A stretch of 64,000 bases of DNA from a bacterium (GCA_029780855.1 JAKOXV010000018.1:118104-182103), one strand, 5' to 3'; counted from the first letter of the stretch, positions 10,592 to 18,897 are shown. Program-made: numbers and translations. Notes: generated by a model not told the origin, from the letters alone.

Positions 10592-11210
10592 GACGTACCC
10601 CTACTAAATCAAAAACGTACATGGTTCGGTTTTGGTATGCAATACCCGTACAGGTCTGTAAGGTTAGTATAGGCGCTCCCTGGTAGCTAAGAACTGAAGG
10701 ATCGTTCGGTGATACAGTGTAAGAAGAGCGATATTTGTAAACGTAGACAAGGCCGGCATCAGTTGTTACGTATGCCAAATTACCACTTTTAATCTTAGGT
10801 AACCGGCCAAAAACCGAACTACGGTTGTGTCCATAAATGAACGTATTCCCACCGGCTATATTGGGCTTACTGGTCATAACGGCAAACTGGGCACTGTGAT
10901 TGCTAAGTGTCCAAGTGTCAGTCGCCCTACTGTAGTAGCCATTGATCACACTAACATCAATGGAAACATCCGGCAGCCAAACCGCAACCGGTTCATCGGT
11001 GCCAGCGGATTTTGATGCTGCTACTTCCTTAGTTACCACCTGTGGAACCGTAACTGGCTTTGTGGTGGTATCGTGAATTTTACTCACCGGCTGACTGGGT
11101 ACTTGAGGGGAAAGTTCATGCCCATAAAAACCCAAAAACAGTGCAGCAAGTCCTGCTAAAACCAAAAGCAGGCCGAGTGCTGGGATTTTGTACTTACGAA
11201 TAAATTTCAT
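10584..11210 (-). CDS. sortase family transpeptidase
   Basis: 208 aa from ATG 11210 (MKFIRKYK...). TM anchor, His motif IYGHN, catalytic TLQTCTG, downstream Arg (NRTMYV). 8-nt overlap with the GT2 start. Confidence 0.9.
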   Translation of the reverse strand: MKFIRKYKIPALGLLLVLAGLAALFLGFYGHELSPQVPSQPVSKIHDTTTKPVTVPQVVTKEVAASKSAGTDEPVAVWLPDVSIDVSVINGYYSRATDTWTLSNHSAQFAVMTSKPNIAGGNTFIYGHNRSSVFGRLPKIKSGNLAYVTTDAGLVYVYKYRSSYTVSPNDPSVLSYQGAPILTLQTCTGIAYQNRTMYVFDLVGVRHA

Positions 11211-11281
11211 AATTAAACCTTGCAAAAAAGATAGAGGGTAGCACGTGGAAATAACACGCATCTACCCTCTTCTTTGTTTGC

Positions 11282-11455
11282 TTAAGCCTTGTGGGCTTTC
11301 GCTGCGATAGCTCGGACAACCGTAGTAATAACGATGGCCGAACCAACAACGATACTGGTGATCGCGATAGCCGCAACAATACGGTTACCGCCTGTGTTTG
11401 GGAGTGTAACGACACCAGCGACAACTGGGCCTGCTCCCTTTCCTCCTTCGTACAT
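11282..11455 (-). CDS. 57-aa minimal LPXTG cell-wall-sorting-signal peptide
   Basis: Not in the ORF track (<60 aa). AAGGAG SD 8 nt before the ATG. Sequence MYEGGKGAGPVVAGVVTLPNTGGNRIVAAIAITSIVVGSAIVITTVVRAIAAKAHKA reads as LPNTG plus TM plus basic tail, with no signal peptide. Confidence 0.6.
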   Translation of the reverse strand: MYEGGKGAGPVVAGVVTLPNTGGNRIVAAIAITSIVVGSAIVITTVVRAIAAKAHKA

Positions 11456-11510
11456 ACGTGCTACTCCTTATCGATTAGATGCTGAGTGATCCACGTGTAA
11501 TAAAGTGCCC

Positions 11511-11547
11511 AAATAAAAAATGAGGGCCGTTTACGAGCGGACCCTCA
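11511..11547 (-). terminator. rho-independent terminator after the deacetylase gene
   Basis: On the minus strand, the stem GAGGGTCCG/CGGCCCTC (one bulge) is followed by ATTTTTTATTT. Confidence 0.55.
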
Positions 11548-11606
11548 CGCTGTACTTCACTTATTTTAATACTTTTATGACAAATTGTAAATAATGTACT
11601 TATATT

Positions 11607-13403
11607 TTATGAAGCTAGGGGTTTTAGCCACTCGACGTTGTCTATGTACGCTTCAATATTGGTATTGCCGACCGCGATAAACTGCAGACTAGCATGAGTA
11701 ACAGAAGCTGAACTTGGGGTGTAATCAAACTTTACTTCGCCTGCACCTATGCTAGTAATGCCGCGAATGTATTGGCCGGAAATCCAGTTACCAGCAGTAT
11801 CATATTCGTCGATATAAAAGGCCAGTTCGCCGCCATTGATCTGCTTGAGGTTGACATAGCTGCTTAAGCTATACGTATTTGCGACATCAACCGCTACTTT
11901 TGGAGCGAATAGGTGGGTGTTTGTAGATTTTGCGGTCATTTTAATGGAGTTAACCACATTTTCAGGACTACCATTACTCAAACTATCGAGGTTGACCTGA
12001 TCAGGGAAGTCGGTGGTCCACCCATCGGCAATACCATTGTCGAATGACCCGTTAGTCATCAGGTCAGTTGGCTGTGGTATGGGGGTGGGATCAGGTACTG
12101 GGGTAGCTTCTGCGAGTGGGAACCACTGAATGTTATCTACATATGCCGTAATACCAGCATTGGGCGTCACATAAATCTGTAGGCTGGCCTTTGCGACATT
12201 TGCAGATGTCGGTTTATAGCTAAAATTAAAGTTCTCCAAAAATACCGAAGTTTCTGCCCGTTTCCATTGGCCTGAAGTCCAGTTACCAAATCCATCATAT
12301 TCGTCAATGTAGAAGCCTATTTCTCCGGTTCCTACTTGGGTAACATTCAAGAAGTTCTTAAACATATAGGTTGTATTTGGGTCAACTGCCACCTGCTTAG
12401 AAAACAAATGTACGCTTTTTGTGGTGCTAGTAAACTTAACTGAGTTTGCTGCGCCCGGGAAGCTACCGTTATTCGCGGAATCCTTAGTTACTTGCGCAGG
12501 CGTATCGGTTGACCAGCCATCGCTAATACCGCTATCAAAACCAGCGTTACTAAGCCGATTAGTGTCACTTTTTACTATACCATCGCTCATATTCACTACC
12601 GGCATATTCTTTGCCTTTACATAGCTTGCAACCTGATCTAGATCTCTAGTACTGTACTCATAGTCATCAGGATTGGTGCTTGGTGTAGTGCTAATGTTAT
12701 GAAACACCAATACGAGCCACTGGTTATTGGCAGCAGCTTCATTGATGTAAGACTTTACCGTATCAACGCTGACACCCGCCTGAACCTGTTGAACTCTGAG
12801 CAGATAATCATTGTTAGGCCACGTATTGTACCCAGTGTCTGCAAATCCACGCATATTGGTGTAGAGCTTGGCAATTTGCGCCAAAACCTTCATATCGTAG
12901 TCGCCGTATGGCGGTGCGAAAGAAGTCGCATCAATACCGTGGGCCGCTAAATCAGCCTTGCTTTTTGTTAGCTCGTTGACCATTTGCAATGTAGTTAGCT
13001 TACGGCGCTGGCCCATAGAAGCGTCTTTTGATGCTAGTAGCGGATGAGTAACCGTATGCGAACCAATTTCCCAGCCATAACTACTATGCAACTGTTGTAC
13101 TTGCGCCCAAGTCATGTATGACTTATCTTCGTCAGCTTTACAGGTGTTTGGAACGGTTGTCATCCCTACGCATCCGGTTATAACATAGTCGGTTCCGGTC
13201 ATACCGTACTTTGCGAGCGTTGGGGCTGCCTGGCTGATTGCGCTACTGAGACCATCATCAAAGGTGAATGACACTTTGCCGGCTGGGCTAGGGTTGCTAA
13301 CCGCGGCAAAAGCATGCATAGGCGTAGTCGCAACTACCACTAAGCTGGCAGCAATTACTGATAAGGTTCCTATTTTCGATTTGATACTACTAATTAACTT
13401 CAT
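11607..13403 (-). CDS. secreted polysaccharide deacetylase (NodB/CE4) with two C-terminal carbohydrate-binding-like modules
   Basis: 598 aa. Signal peptide, NodB motifs FTFDDG and HTVTHP, then two homologous ~145-aa modules. Confidence 0.85.
   Translation of the reverse strand: MKLISSIKSKIGTLSVIAASLVVVATTPMHAFAAVSNPSPAGKVSFTFDDGLSSAISQAAPTLAKYGMTGTDYVITGCVGMTTVPNTCKADEDKSYMTWAQVQQLHSSYGWEIGSHTVTHPLLASKDASMGQRRKLTTLQMVNELTKSKADLAAHGIDATSFAPPYGDYDMKVLAQIAKLYTNMRGFADTGYNTWPNNDYLLRVQQVQAGVSVDTVKSYINEAAANNQWLVLVFHNISTTPSTNPDDYEYSTRDLDQVASYVKAKNMPVVNMSDGIVKSDTNRLSNAGFDSGISDGWSTDTPAQVTKDSANNGSFPGAANSVKFTSTTKSVHLFSKQVAVDPNTTYMFKNFLNVTQVGTGEIGFYIDEYDGFGNWTSGQWKRAETSVFLENFNFSYKPTSANVAKASLQIYVTPNAGITAYVDNIQWFPLAEATPVPDPTPIPQPTDLMTNGSFDNGIADGWTTDFPDQVNLDSLSNGSPENVVNSIKMTAKSTNTHLFAPKVAVDVANTYSLSSYVNLKQINGGELAFYIDEYDTAGNWISGQYIRGITSIGAGEVKFDYTPSSASVTHASLQFIAVGNTNIEAYIDNVEWLKPLAS
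11616..12557 (-). repeat. intragenic tandem duplication of a ~145-aa CBM-like module
   Basis: The two modules align along their length: NAGFDSGISDGWSTD...FYIDEYDGFGNWTSGQ...AYVDNIQW against NGSFDNGIADGWTTD...FYIDEYDTAGNWISGQ...AYIDNVEW. Confidence 0.75.
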
Positions 13404-13452
13404 GTTGACCTTTCAAAGCTAGATGCCATACGAGCAACATAGATTATATAAT

Positions 13453-13482
13453 AATATAACCAGATTTTTGCTAATCAGTCAA
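13453..13482 (-). promoter_or_regulatory. candidate promoter for the deacetylase gene
   Basis: On the minus strand: TTGACT, 18-nt spacer, TATATT, about 50 nt upstream of ATG 13403. Confidence 0.35.
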
Positions 13483-13504
13483 TTAGGTTTTGTATAAGCT
13501 TAAG

Positions 13505-13684
13505 CTACTTGTCTTTGGGGACTTTGGCACCTTTCTTACGCGCCTTTAATAGGCCGATTGCAACCGCCTGTTTAGGGCTCCGTACCTTCTTGTCGCTCTT
13601 ACTGCCGATTGTCAGGTCGCCTTCCTTGTATTCATGCATGGCTTTTTCAACTTCTTTTTGGGCCTTTGGTCCGTACTTTGGCAT
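13505..13684 (-). CDS. small basic protein, DUF6496-like
   Basis: 59 aa, not in the track. GGGAGGTGA SD precedes the start. MPKYGPKAQKEVEKAMHEYKEGDLTIGS...KQAVAIGLLKARKKGAKVP resembles the DUF6496 family from memory. Confidence 0.65.
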   Translation of the reverse strand: MPKYGPKAQKEVEKAMHEYKEGDLTIGSKSDKKVRSPKQAVAIGLLKARKKGAKVPKDK

Positions 13685-13753
13685 AGCTCACCTCCCTCAG
13701 TTACTCCCTTATTCTGTCAGAAGTGAAGGGTCCCAACAGCCAGTTTTCTCACA

Positions 13754-14029
13754 CTAGTACAAGCGGTTGAGCACGACAGCTACTAAAACAACCAGTCCAA
13801 GCAGCCGACGAAAATACGTAGTCCCTTGAAAAAGCTCTAGCCACGCCCAGGTAAAGATAGCTCCGTAGGCGATAAGTTCTGCAGCAAAATTCCACTGGCC
13901 GTATGGTAGCACCTTGGTAAGCAGCCAGCTAACAGCCCATACTATGATCGGCGTATTGGGCTTTTGGTACAGCACGAGCTTTCCATCCTTATCTTTCCAT
14001 ATCCGATTCCATACCTCTATATTAGCCAT
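13754..14029 (-). CDS. small membrane protein, hypothetical
   Basis: 91 aa with 2-3 hydrophobic helices. 8-nt overlap with the upstream permease. Confidence 0.6.
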   Translation of the reverse strand: MANIEVWNRIWKDKDGKLVLYQKPNTPIIVWAVSWLLTKVLPYGQWNFAAELIAYGAIFTWAWLELFQGTTYFRRLLGLVVLVAVVLNRLY

Positions 14030-15158
14030 GTGTATGGTGCTCCATGTTCATGTGTTTAAGCATTTTATGCCCACCAGTCCGCAGAAATCTCCAGACTAGC
14101 GCAACTGCAACCAATAAAAAGAGAATGTTTAGAATACTGGTATAGTTCCAGCTTAAGTGCAATTCTGGAACCGTTAATCCTCTCTCTGTCGGTGTAATAC
14201 GCAAGATAGCGAAGAGACCCTCCACGATATACCCTGCTACCACCATCGCAGTGTAGAAACTAAAGAACAAAAATACCGCCATCTTTGTACCATAGTACTT
14301 TTTATATATGCGAATAATTGGTAGAACGATAAGATCTGCAAAGATAAATGCAATCACACCGCCAAACGAAATACCCCCGTTCCAAAGCACTACTGCCAGA
14401 GGTACATTACCAACGCTACAAACGAAAGAAATAACCGCTATGAGGGGGCCGACAAGGGGACCCCAGAGCACAGAAGCCAATGGGTGTGAAGTAATAAATA
14501 ACGATTGGAAGAATTCTTTCGGTACCCAAACGGCAATCGCACCAGCTATGAGCAACCCCAATACAATGTCCGTCCAGACGCTCGCCCAATCCATAACAAA
14601 ATAATGGCTACTTGCGGTATAGCCCTTCGCGCTGAACAATCTGCTAAAAACCGAATCGCCTTCAACAGTCATGTCCATGTCGGCGTGTCCTTCCATACGC
14701 CCCGCTAATCCTTTTTCTGCTTGCTTGCGCGCAGCTGCTAACATTTTAGGCTTGAGATATCTTCTGAATATGACCGCCAGTATAACAATCATGACCGGCC
14801 CACCTATAAACTCTGCAAGCGTGAACTTCCAACCAAGTAGAATAGCCATAACCAGCCCTAACTCAATCACCAAATTTGTAGAGGCAATTTCAAAAGCCAT
14901 GGCCGCAGTAAAGTCAGCACCCTTCCTAAAGATAGACCTCGCCAAAGCCACCGCGGCGTAAGAACAAGACGAAGATGCTGCACCTAGTAGGCTCGCTTTA
15001 GCTAGTGTACTTGCCCTATCATCCGGCAAAAGCTTACTCATTTGCCGATGTGAAACAACCGCCTGAATAACCGCAGATAATCCAAAACCGAGGATGAGCG
15101 GCCACAGAATCTGCCACGCCATAGCAAACGACATTTGTAGAGCTTCCCATAAAAACAT
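14022..15158 (-). CDS. permease family membrane protein (DUF318/ArsP-like), His-rich C-terminus
   Basis: 378 aa, multi-TM. The N-terminal region AWQILWPLILGFGLSAVIQAV is typical of the predicted-permease family. C-terminal tail HMNMEHHTHG. Confidence 0.7.
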   Translation of the reverse strand: MFLWEALQMSFAMAWQILWPLILGFGLSAVIQAVVSHRQMSKLLPDDRASTLAKASLLGAASSSCSYAAVALARSIFRKGADFTAAMAFEIASTNLVIELGLVMAILLGWKFTLAEFIGGPVMIVILAVIFRRYLKPKMLAAARKQAEKGLAGRMEGHADMDMTVEGDSVFSRLFSAKGYTASSHYFVMDWASVWTDIVLGLLIAGAIAVWVPKEFFQSLFITSHPLASVLWGPLVGPLIAVISFVCSVGNVPLAVVLWNGGISFGGVIAFIFADLIVLPIIRIYKKYYGTKMAVFLFFSFYTAMVVAGYIVEGLFAILRITPTERGLTVPELHLSWNYTSILNILFLLVAVALVWRFLRTGGHKMLKHMNMEHHTHG

Positions 15159-15173
15159 ACCTACTATTGTAGG

Positions 15174-15410
15174 CTACTTCAGAGCTTTTTTCTTCTCTTC
15201 AAACTCTTTTTTATCAATTTCACCCTTAGCAAATCGCTGGCGTAAAATCTCTAGCGCATCATCTCGCTTAGTCACCCCTTGCACGTCATGTGAAACGTAG
15301 CGGACCACCAAAACTACTCCCAGCACAAGTAGTATCAGCACCAGAATCATAAAGAATCCTCCCCACGCATCATACCCGTTGCGCATTCCGTGGTCCCAGT
15401 AGTCATACAT
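15174..15410 (-). CDS. SHOCT domain membrane protein
   Basis: 78 aa. One TM helix, then LEILRQRFAKGEIDKKEFEEKKKAL, a SHOCT-type C-terminal motif. Confidence 0.75.
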   Translation of the reverse strand: MYDYWDHGMRNGYDAWGGFFMILVLILLVLGVVLVVRYVSHDVQGVTKRDDALEILRQRFAKGEIDKKEFEEKKKALK

Positions 15411-15471
15411 AAGCCTCTCTCCTTTTGCTCGTATATCGAGTGTGCCTTACCGAGCTGAAGCAAAGCTGAAA

Positions 15472-15506
15472 CAAACAAAAAAACTCCATTCCAAAAGGAA
15501 TCGAGC
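15472..15506 (-). terminator. rho-independent terminator following the displaced tmRNA 3'-end copy
   Basis: On the minus strand, CTCGATTCC-TTTT-GGAATGGAG (one mismatch) is followed by TTTTTTTG. Confidence 0.55.
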
Positions 15507-15509
15507 TTT

Positions 15510-15530
15510 TTTGGTGGAGCTGGTGGGTAC
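15510..15530 (-). repeat. 21-bp direct repeat of the tmRNA 3' end (second copy at 15690-15710)
   Basis: Exact duplicate TTTGGTGGAGCTGGTGGGTAC on the plus strand. This is the minus-strand GTACCCACCAGCTCCACCAAA, covering the T-loop 3' part, T-stem, acceptor and CCA. Confidence 0.9.
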
Positions 15531-15654
15531 AGACCATTAAGACTTACGCCAGCTCGCTCGAAAGCTAAAGCATCTCGCTCGGCCAAGCAAGGATTCTTCG
15601 AACTGCCACTGGCAGTTCTCACCCTCTCGGGCAGCACCTCATAAATCCACGACC

Positions 15655-15685
15655 AAAGAAAAAACCCGACTCACTGGTCGGGTTC
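15655..15685 (-). terminator. rho-independent terminator immediately after tmRNA
   Basis: On the minus strand, CCCGAC-CAGTGA-GTCGGG is followed by TTTTTTCTTT. Confidence 0.7.
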
Positions 15686-15691
15686 TTACTT

Positions 15692-16090
15692 TGGTGGAGC
15701 TGGTGGGTACTGCCCCCACGTCCGTCGACTTACACGTTGTTAGTCTTCTACAGGCATAGTTTGTTTATGGTGTCTTAGAATAACGCATCAAAACAAACAA
15801 AATAGCGGTACTAGCAGATTCTATAGTCTTTCTATTCCTTGTGAATCAGACTCAGAATAGGCAACCAGATGATATGGCGCTAACTAGTCCTATCCGGTAT
15901 CAAACGAGTAGCGGCTACCAGTAAATTAGGCAGCTGTTGCGAAAGAAAGTTGCATTGGTGCAAAAGCACTAGCTACAAAATTCTTTACACGAGTAAAAGC
16001 GTTTGCATTTACATAAAATTGTCTATAACGCTGACAAGCGACCTGCGAACTAACTGTTAAGGATCAACGTCGAGCTTAAAATTCAGCCCC
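15692..16090 (-). ncRNA. ssrA: tmRNA (SsrA), one-piece, 399 nt
   Basis: 5' GGGGCTGAATTTTAAGCTCGACG pairs with 3' CAGCTCCACCA, including the G3:U alanine identity pair. T-arm is GTGGG-GGCAGTA-CCCAC. An internal tag frame ends GCA ACA GCT GCC TAA (..FATAA*). Confidence 0.85.
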
Positions 16091-16265
16091 TAAAACGGCT
16101 TTATCGGCATGAAACGGTTTTAGCGAATGAATTGCTTGTATTATCTCTGTTGAACGTGCTTGAGCGAGGGTAATCCACCTCAAGGCGCAATCTCTCGATT
16201 GCAAACTCATTATACCAAATAAACGTATAAAAAGCAATAGCGGTATGCTCTTTTGCTAGACTAGA

Positions 16266-17162
16266 ATGATGAAGAAACTATCCACCAAAATCGCCTTTGT
16301 ATCACTAACCCTTTTACTTTCCATGAGCTTTGTCAGTCCCGTTCTTGCGGCAAAGCCGACCGGCAGCGGCAAACCAAGCCGTGGAGGAGGAGATGGCGGC
16401 ACCACGGCTACGCCACTGGGTAACGATGTGTCTTATCCCCAGTGTGGCCGCAAACTACCAAACGGCCAGGCCTTTGGTATTGTGGGTGTTAATGGGGGAC
16501 TTGCTAACCTCACTAACGACTGCCTTGCACAGCAACTAGCGTGGGCAGCGCAATCCGTAGGTGGAGCAACCCAGGATAAGATACAGCTCTACGTCAATAC
16601 TGCAAACCCCGGAGAAGTAATTGATCAAATCACTACCTGGCCCGCCAACAACACTGATCCCCAGGGTAACGTTGCGCCAAATCCATACGGTGTATGTGAC
16701 CATACTAATAGCCTTGCATGCTCATGGCAGTATGGTTGGAATCGCGCGGTGGAAGATGTGCATGATCGCTTCATGCCAGCCGCCGGTCAAGCCGGCATAA
16801 GCCAAGAAGCCGGACAGTATCGCTGGTGGCTGGATGTCGAAACCATGAATACCTGGCAACAGAACAGCACCAATAAGTACGCACTAAATGCAGCTACTTT
16901 GGAGGGTATGACTGCCTACTTCAAGTCTAATAACGCTCGGGTTGGTCTCTATTCTACAGCGGTTCAGTGGAGTGAAATTGCGGGGAACGAACTAGGAATA
17001 ACAGGCAACCTTAGCGGTCTGCCAAACTGGCGACCAAGCGGATCCAACCTCAATAATGCCAAAGCTAATTGTTCTGTTGCGCCACTCACACCAGGAGGAT
17101 GGATAGAACTAACGCAGTTCATATCACATCGCCTGGATTACAACTACTCCTGTAATAACTAG
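16266..17162 (+). CDS. secreted protein, putative glycoside-hydrolase-like (GH25-like/DUF1906-like) cell-wall enzyme
   Basis: 298 aa. Signal peptide ending PVLAAKP. GNDVSYPQCG...FGIVGVNGG and RWWLDVETMNTW resemble an actinobacterial lysozyme-like family. The family call is from memory and tentative. Confidence 0.5.
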   Translation: MMKKLSTKIAFVSLTLLLSMSFVSPVLAAKPTGSGKPSRGGGDGGTTATPLGNDVSYPQCGRKLPNGQAFGIVGVNGGLANLTNDCLAQQLAWAAQSVGGATQDKIQLYVNTANPGEVIDQITTWPANNTDPQGNVAPNPYGVCDHTNSLACSWQYGWNRAVEDVHDRFMPAAGQAGISQEAGQYRWWLDVETMNTWQQNSTNKYALNAATLEGMTAYFKSNNARVGLYSTAVQWSEIAGNELGITGNLSGLPNWRPSGSNLNNAKANCSVAPLTPGGWIELTQFISHRLDYNYSCNN

Positions 17163-17172
17163 ACGTAGCGGT

Positions 17173-18897
17173 CTAGTGGGCAGTCGCAGGGGTGGCTTCC
17201 TTGCCCTTCTTTTCGATGTCATGGGTGTTAGGCAGGAACGTACTGGCGCCGAGTGCAGCTAGCATGAACACACTCGTGACTAGAATGGCTCGACTACTGC
17301 CTTTGGCAGATGCCTCGTGGGCAATCCTTTCAATTTCTGTAGTGATGTAGGGTGGTAGGGATTTCTGGTTTTCCTGCTGTTTTGCCCCGCCGAACTCAAC
17401 GCTAGATGATGCGGTGGCGATTTTTTGAGCGATGGCAGGCTTCGCGGCAGCGGGGATGGCATTACTGTCGTAAATACCGGCGCTCAAACTACTAGCCAAT
17501 GTAGTCAATAGAACTGCGCCAATTATTGCCGAACCAAACGATGATCCGACCTGGCGGAGCGTGTTATTTATTCCCGAAGCTTCACCGGCCTCTTCCACTG
17601 AAACAGCAGAGAGTGTTACGTTGCTAGCCTGCGCCATGACAAAGCCCATTCCCAGACCAAACAGCATCAGACCCGGCGCAAGATGAGCCGCCGTGGCCGT
17701 AGGTGTGATTAAGAAATACATCAGAACACTAGCAAAGAACCCAATCCCCAAACCAACCTGGACGATTCGTTTTGGCGTAAACCGTTTGCTGAGAACCGCA
17801 GAACCGGGAGCTGCAATCAATACTACTAAGGACATTGGCAGTAACGCTAACCCGGTATGCAAGGCATCTAATTTTTGCACGGACTGCAAAAATACCGGTA
17901 CTGCAAACACGAGCCCGACCATTCCCAGTGAAAGCAACGCGGTGACACTGGAACCAGAAATGAACTGCACATTGCGGAACATGTGAAGGGAGACGAGCGG
18001 GGTATGTCCCTTTTCTTCGGTTCGTTTTTCCCACCAGGCGAACAAACCTAGCACCAAGACACCAAACGTCATGGCTATCGGTGCTATAGATAAACCAAGT
18101 GGCGTAAACGAATGACCAAATAGCGTGTAATCTTTAGCTGCTATAAACCACCCATACGTTGAAGATTCGATGATGCCGTACACAAAAGCTAGTAAACCAA
18201 CGACAGAAAGTACCACGCCGGGTATATCGAGTTCCCGCTTCTCTGCTCGGTCTACCGCTTCGGCAATGAGTGTCGCACCCAACAGCAGAACAATGGCGAC
18301 AAAGATATTGATTCTAAACGCCCAGCGCCAGCTATAGTTAGTAGTTAAAAAACCGCCGATTATTGGCCCAATAGCCGATGCTGCGCCCGCAATACCACCC
18401 CAGATGCCAAACGCTATCGCCCGGTCACGTCCTTTGTAGTTTGAAACCAGCAGGGAAGCGGTGGCTGGCATCATAAGGGCCGCTCCTACACCTTCTATGA
18501 CTGATTCTCCCACAATCATCATCCCAACCGAATGACTTATCGATGTAATGAAAGAACCTACTGCAAATATCACTGCTCCCACCATAAACATCTTTTTGCG
18601 GCCAAAAAGGTCACCGAGCCGCCCACCGGTGATCGTCAATGCAGCCAGCGTTAGGGAGTAGGCGGTGATGACCCACTGAATACCCTGCAGGTCTGTGCCC
18701 AGGTCATTTACGATTGTCTTTAAAGAAACATTAAGCACCGTGGTATCAATGATGATAATCATAAGTGCCAAACTAAGAACGACCATGGGGATCCATTTGG
18801 CCAAACCATGACGGTACTCCGCAGCATTTTCTGGTAATTCACCTATTTCTGTAGATTTTTTGGACGGTTTTAAGACTTGTTTTACTTTTTCCACCAT
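17173..18897 (-). CDS. MFS transporter, DHA2 (EmrB/QacA, 14-TM) drug:H+ antiporter family
   Basis: 574 aa, about 14 hydrophobic helices. Motif A GRLGDLFGRKKMF. Confidence 0.85.
   Translation of the reverse strand: MVEKVKQVLKPSKKSTEIGELPENAAEYRHGLAKWIPMVVLSLALMIIIIDTTVLNVSLKTIVNDLGTDLQGIQWVITAYSLTLAALTITGGRLGDLFGRKKMFMVGAVIFAVGSFITSISHSVGMMIVGESVIEGVGAALMMPATASLLVSNYKGRDRAIAFGIWGGIAGAASAIGPIIGGFLTTNYSWRWAFRINIFVAIVLLLGATLIAEAVDRAEKRELDIPGVVLSVVGLLAFVYGIIESSTYGWFIAAKDYTLFGHSFTPLGLSIAPIAMTFGVLVLGLFAWWEKRTEEKGHTPLVSLHMFRNVQFISGSSVTALLSLGMVGLVFAVPVFLQSVQKLDALHTGLALLPMSLVVLIAAPGSAVLSKRFTPKRIVQVGLGIGFFASVLMYFLITPTATAAHLAPGLMLFGLGMGFVMAQASNVTLSAVSVEEAGEASGINNTLRQVGSSFGSAIIGAVLLTTLASSLSAGIYDSNAIPAAAKPAIAQKIATASSSVEFGGAKQQENQKSLPPYITTEIERIAHEASAKGSSRAILVTSVFMLAALGASTFLPNTHDIEKKGKEATPATAH

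Noticed and set aside
11194-11489. Track ORFs 11194-11424 (-), 11289-11489 (+) and 11291-11485 (+)
   Set aside because: All overlap the SD-preceded 57-aa LPXTG ORF, lack ribosome-binding sites and have implausible composition.
13509-13757. 82-aa plus-strand ORF
   Set aside because: It is antisense to the 59-aa DUF6496-like ORF, which has a strong SD and a recognisable family pattern.
15347-15637. 96-aa minus-strand ORF between the SHOCT gene and tmRNA
   Set aside because: It runs through two terminator hairpins and the duplicated tmRNA 3' end. There is no SD and the sequence is not protein-like.
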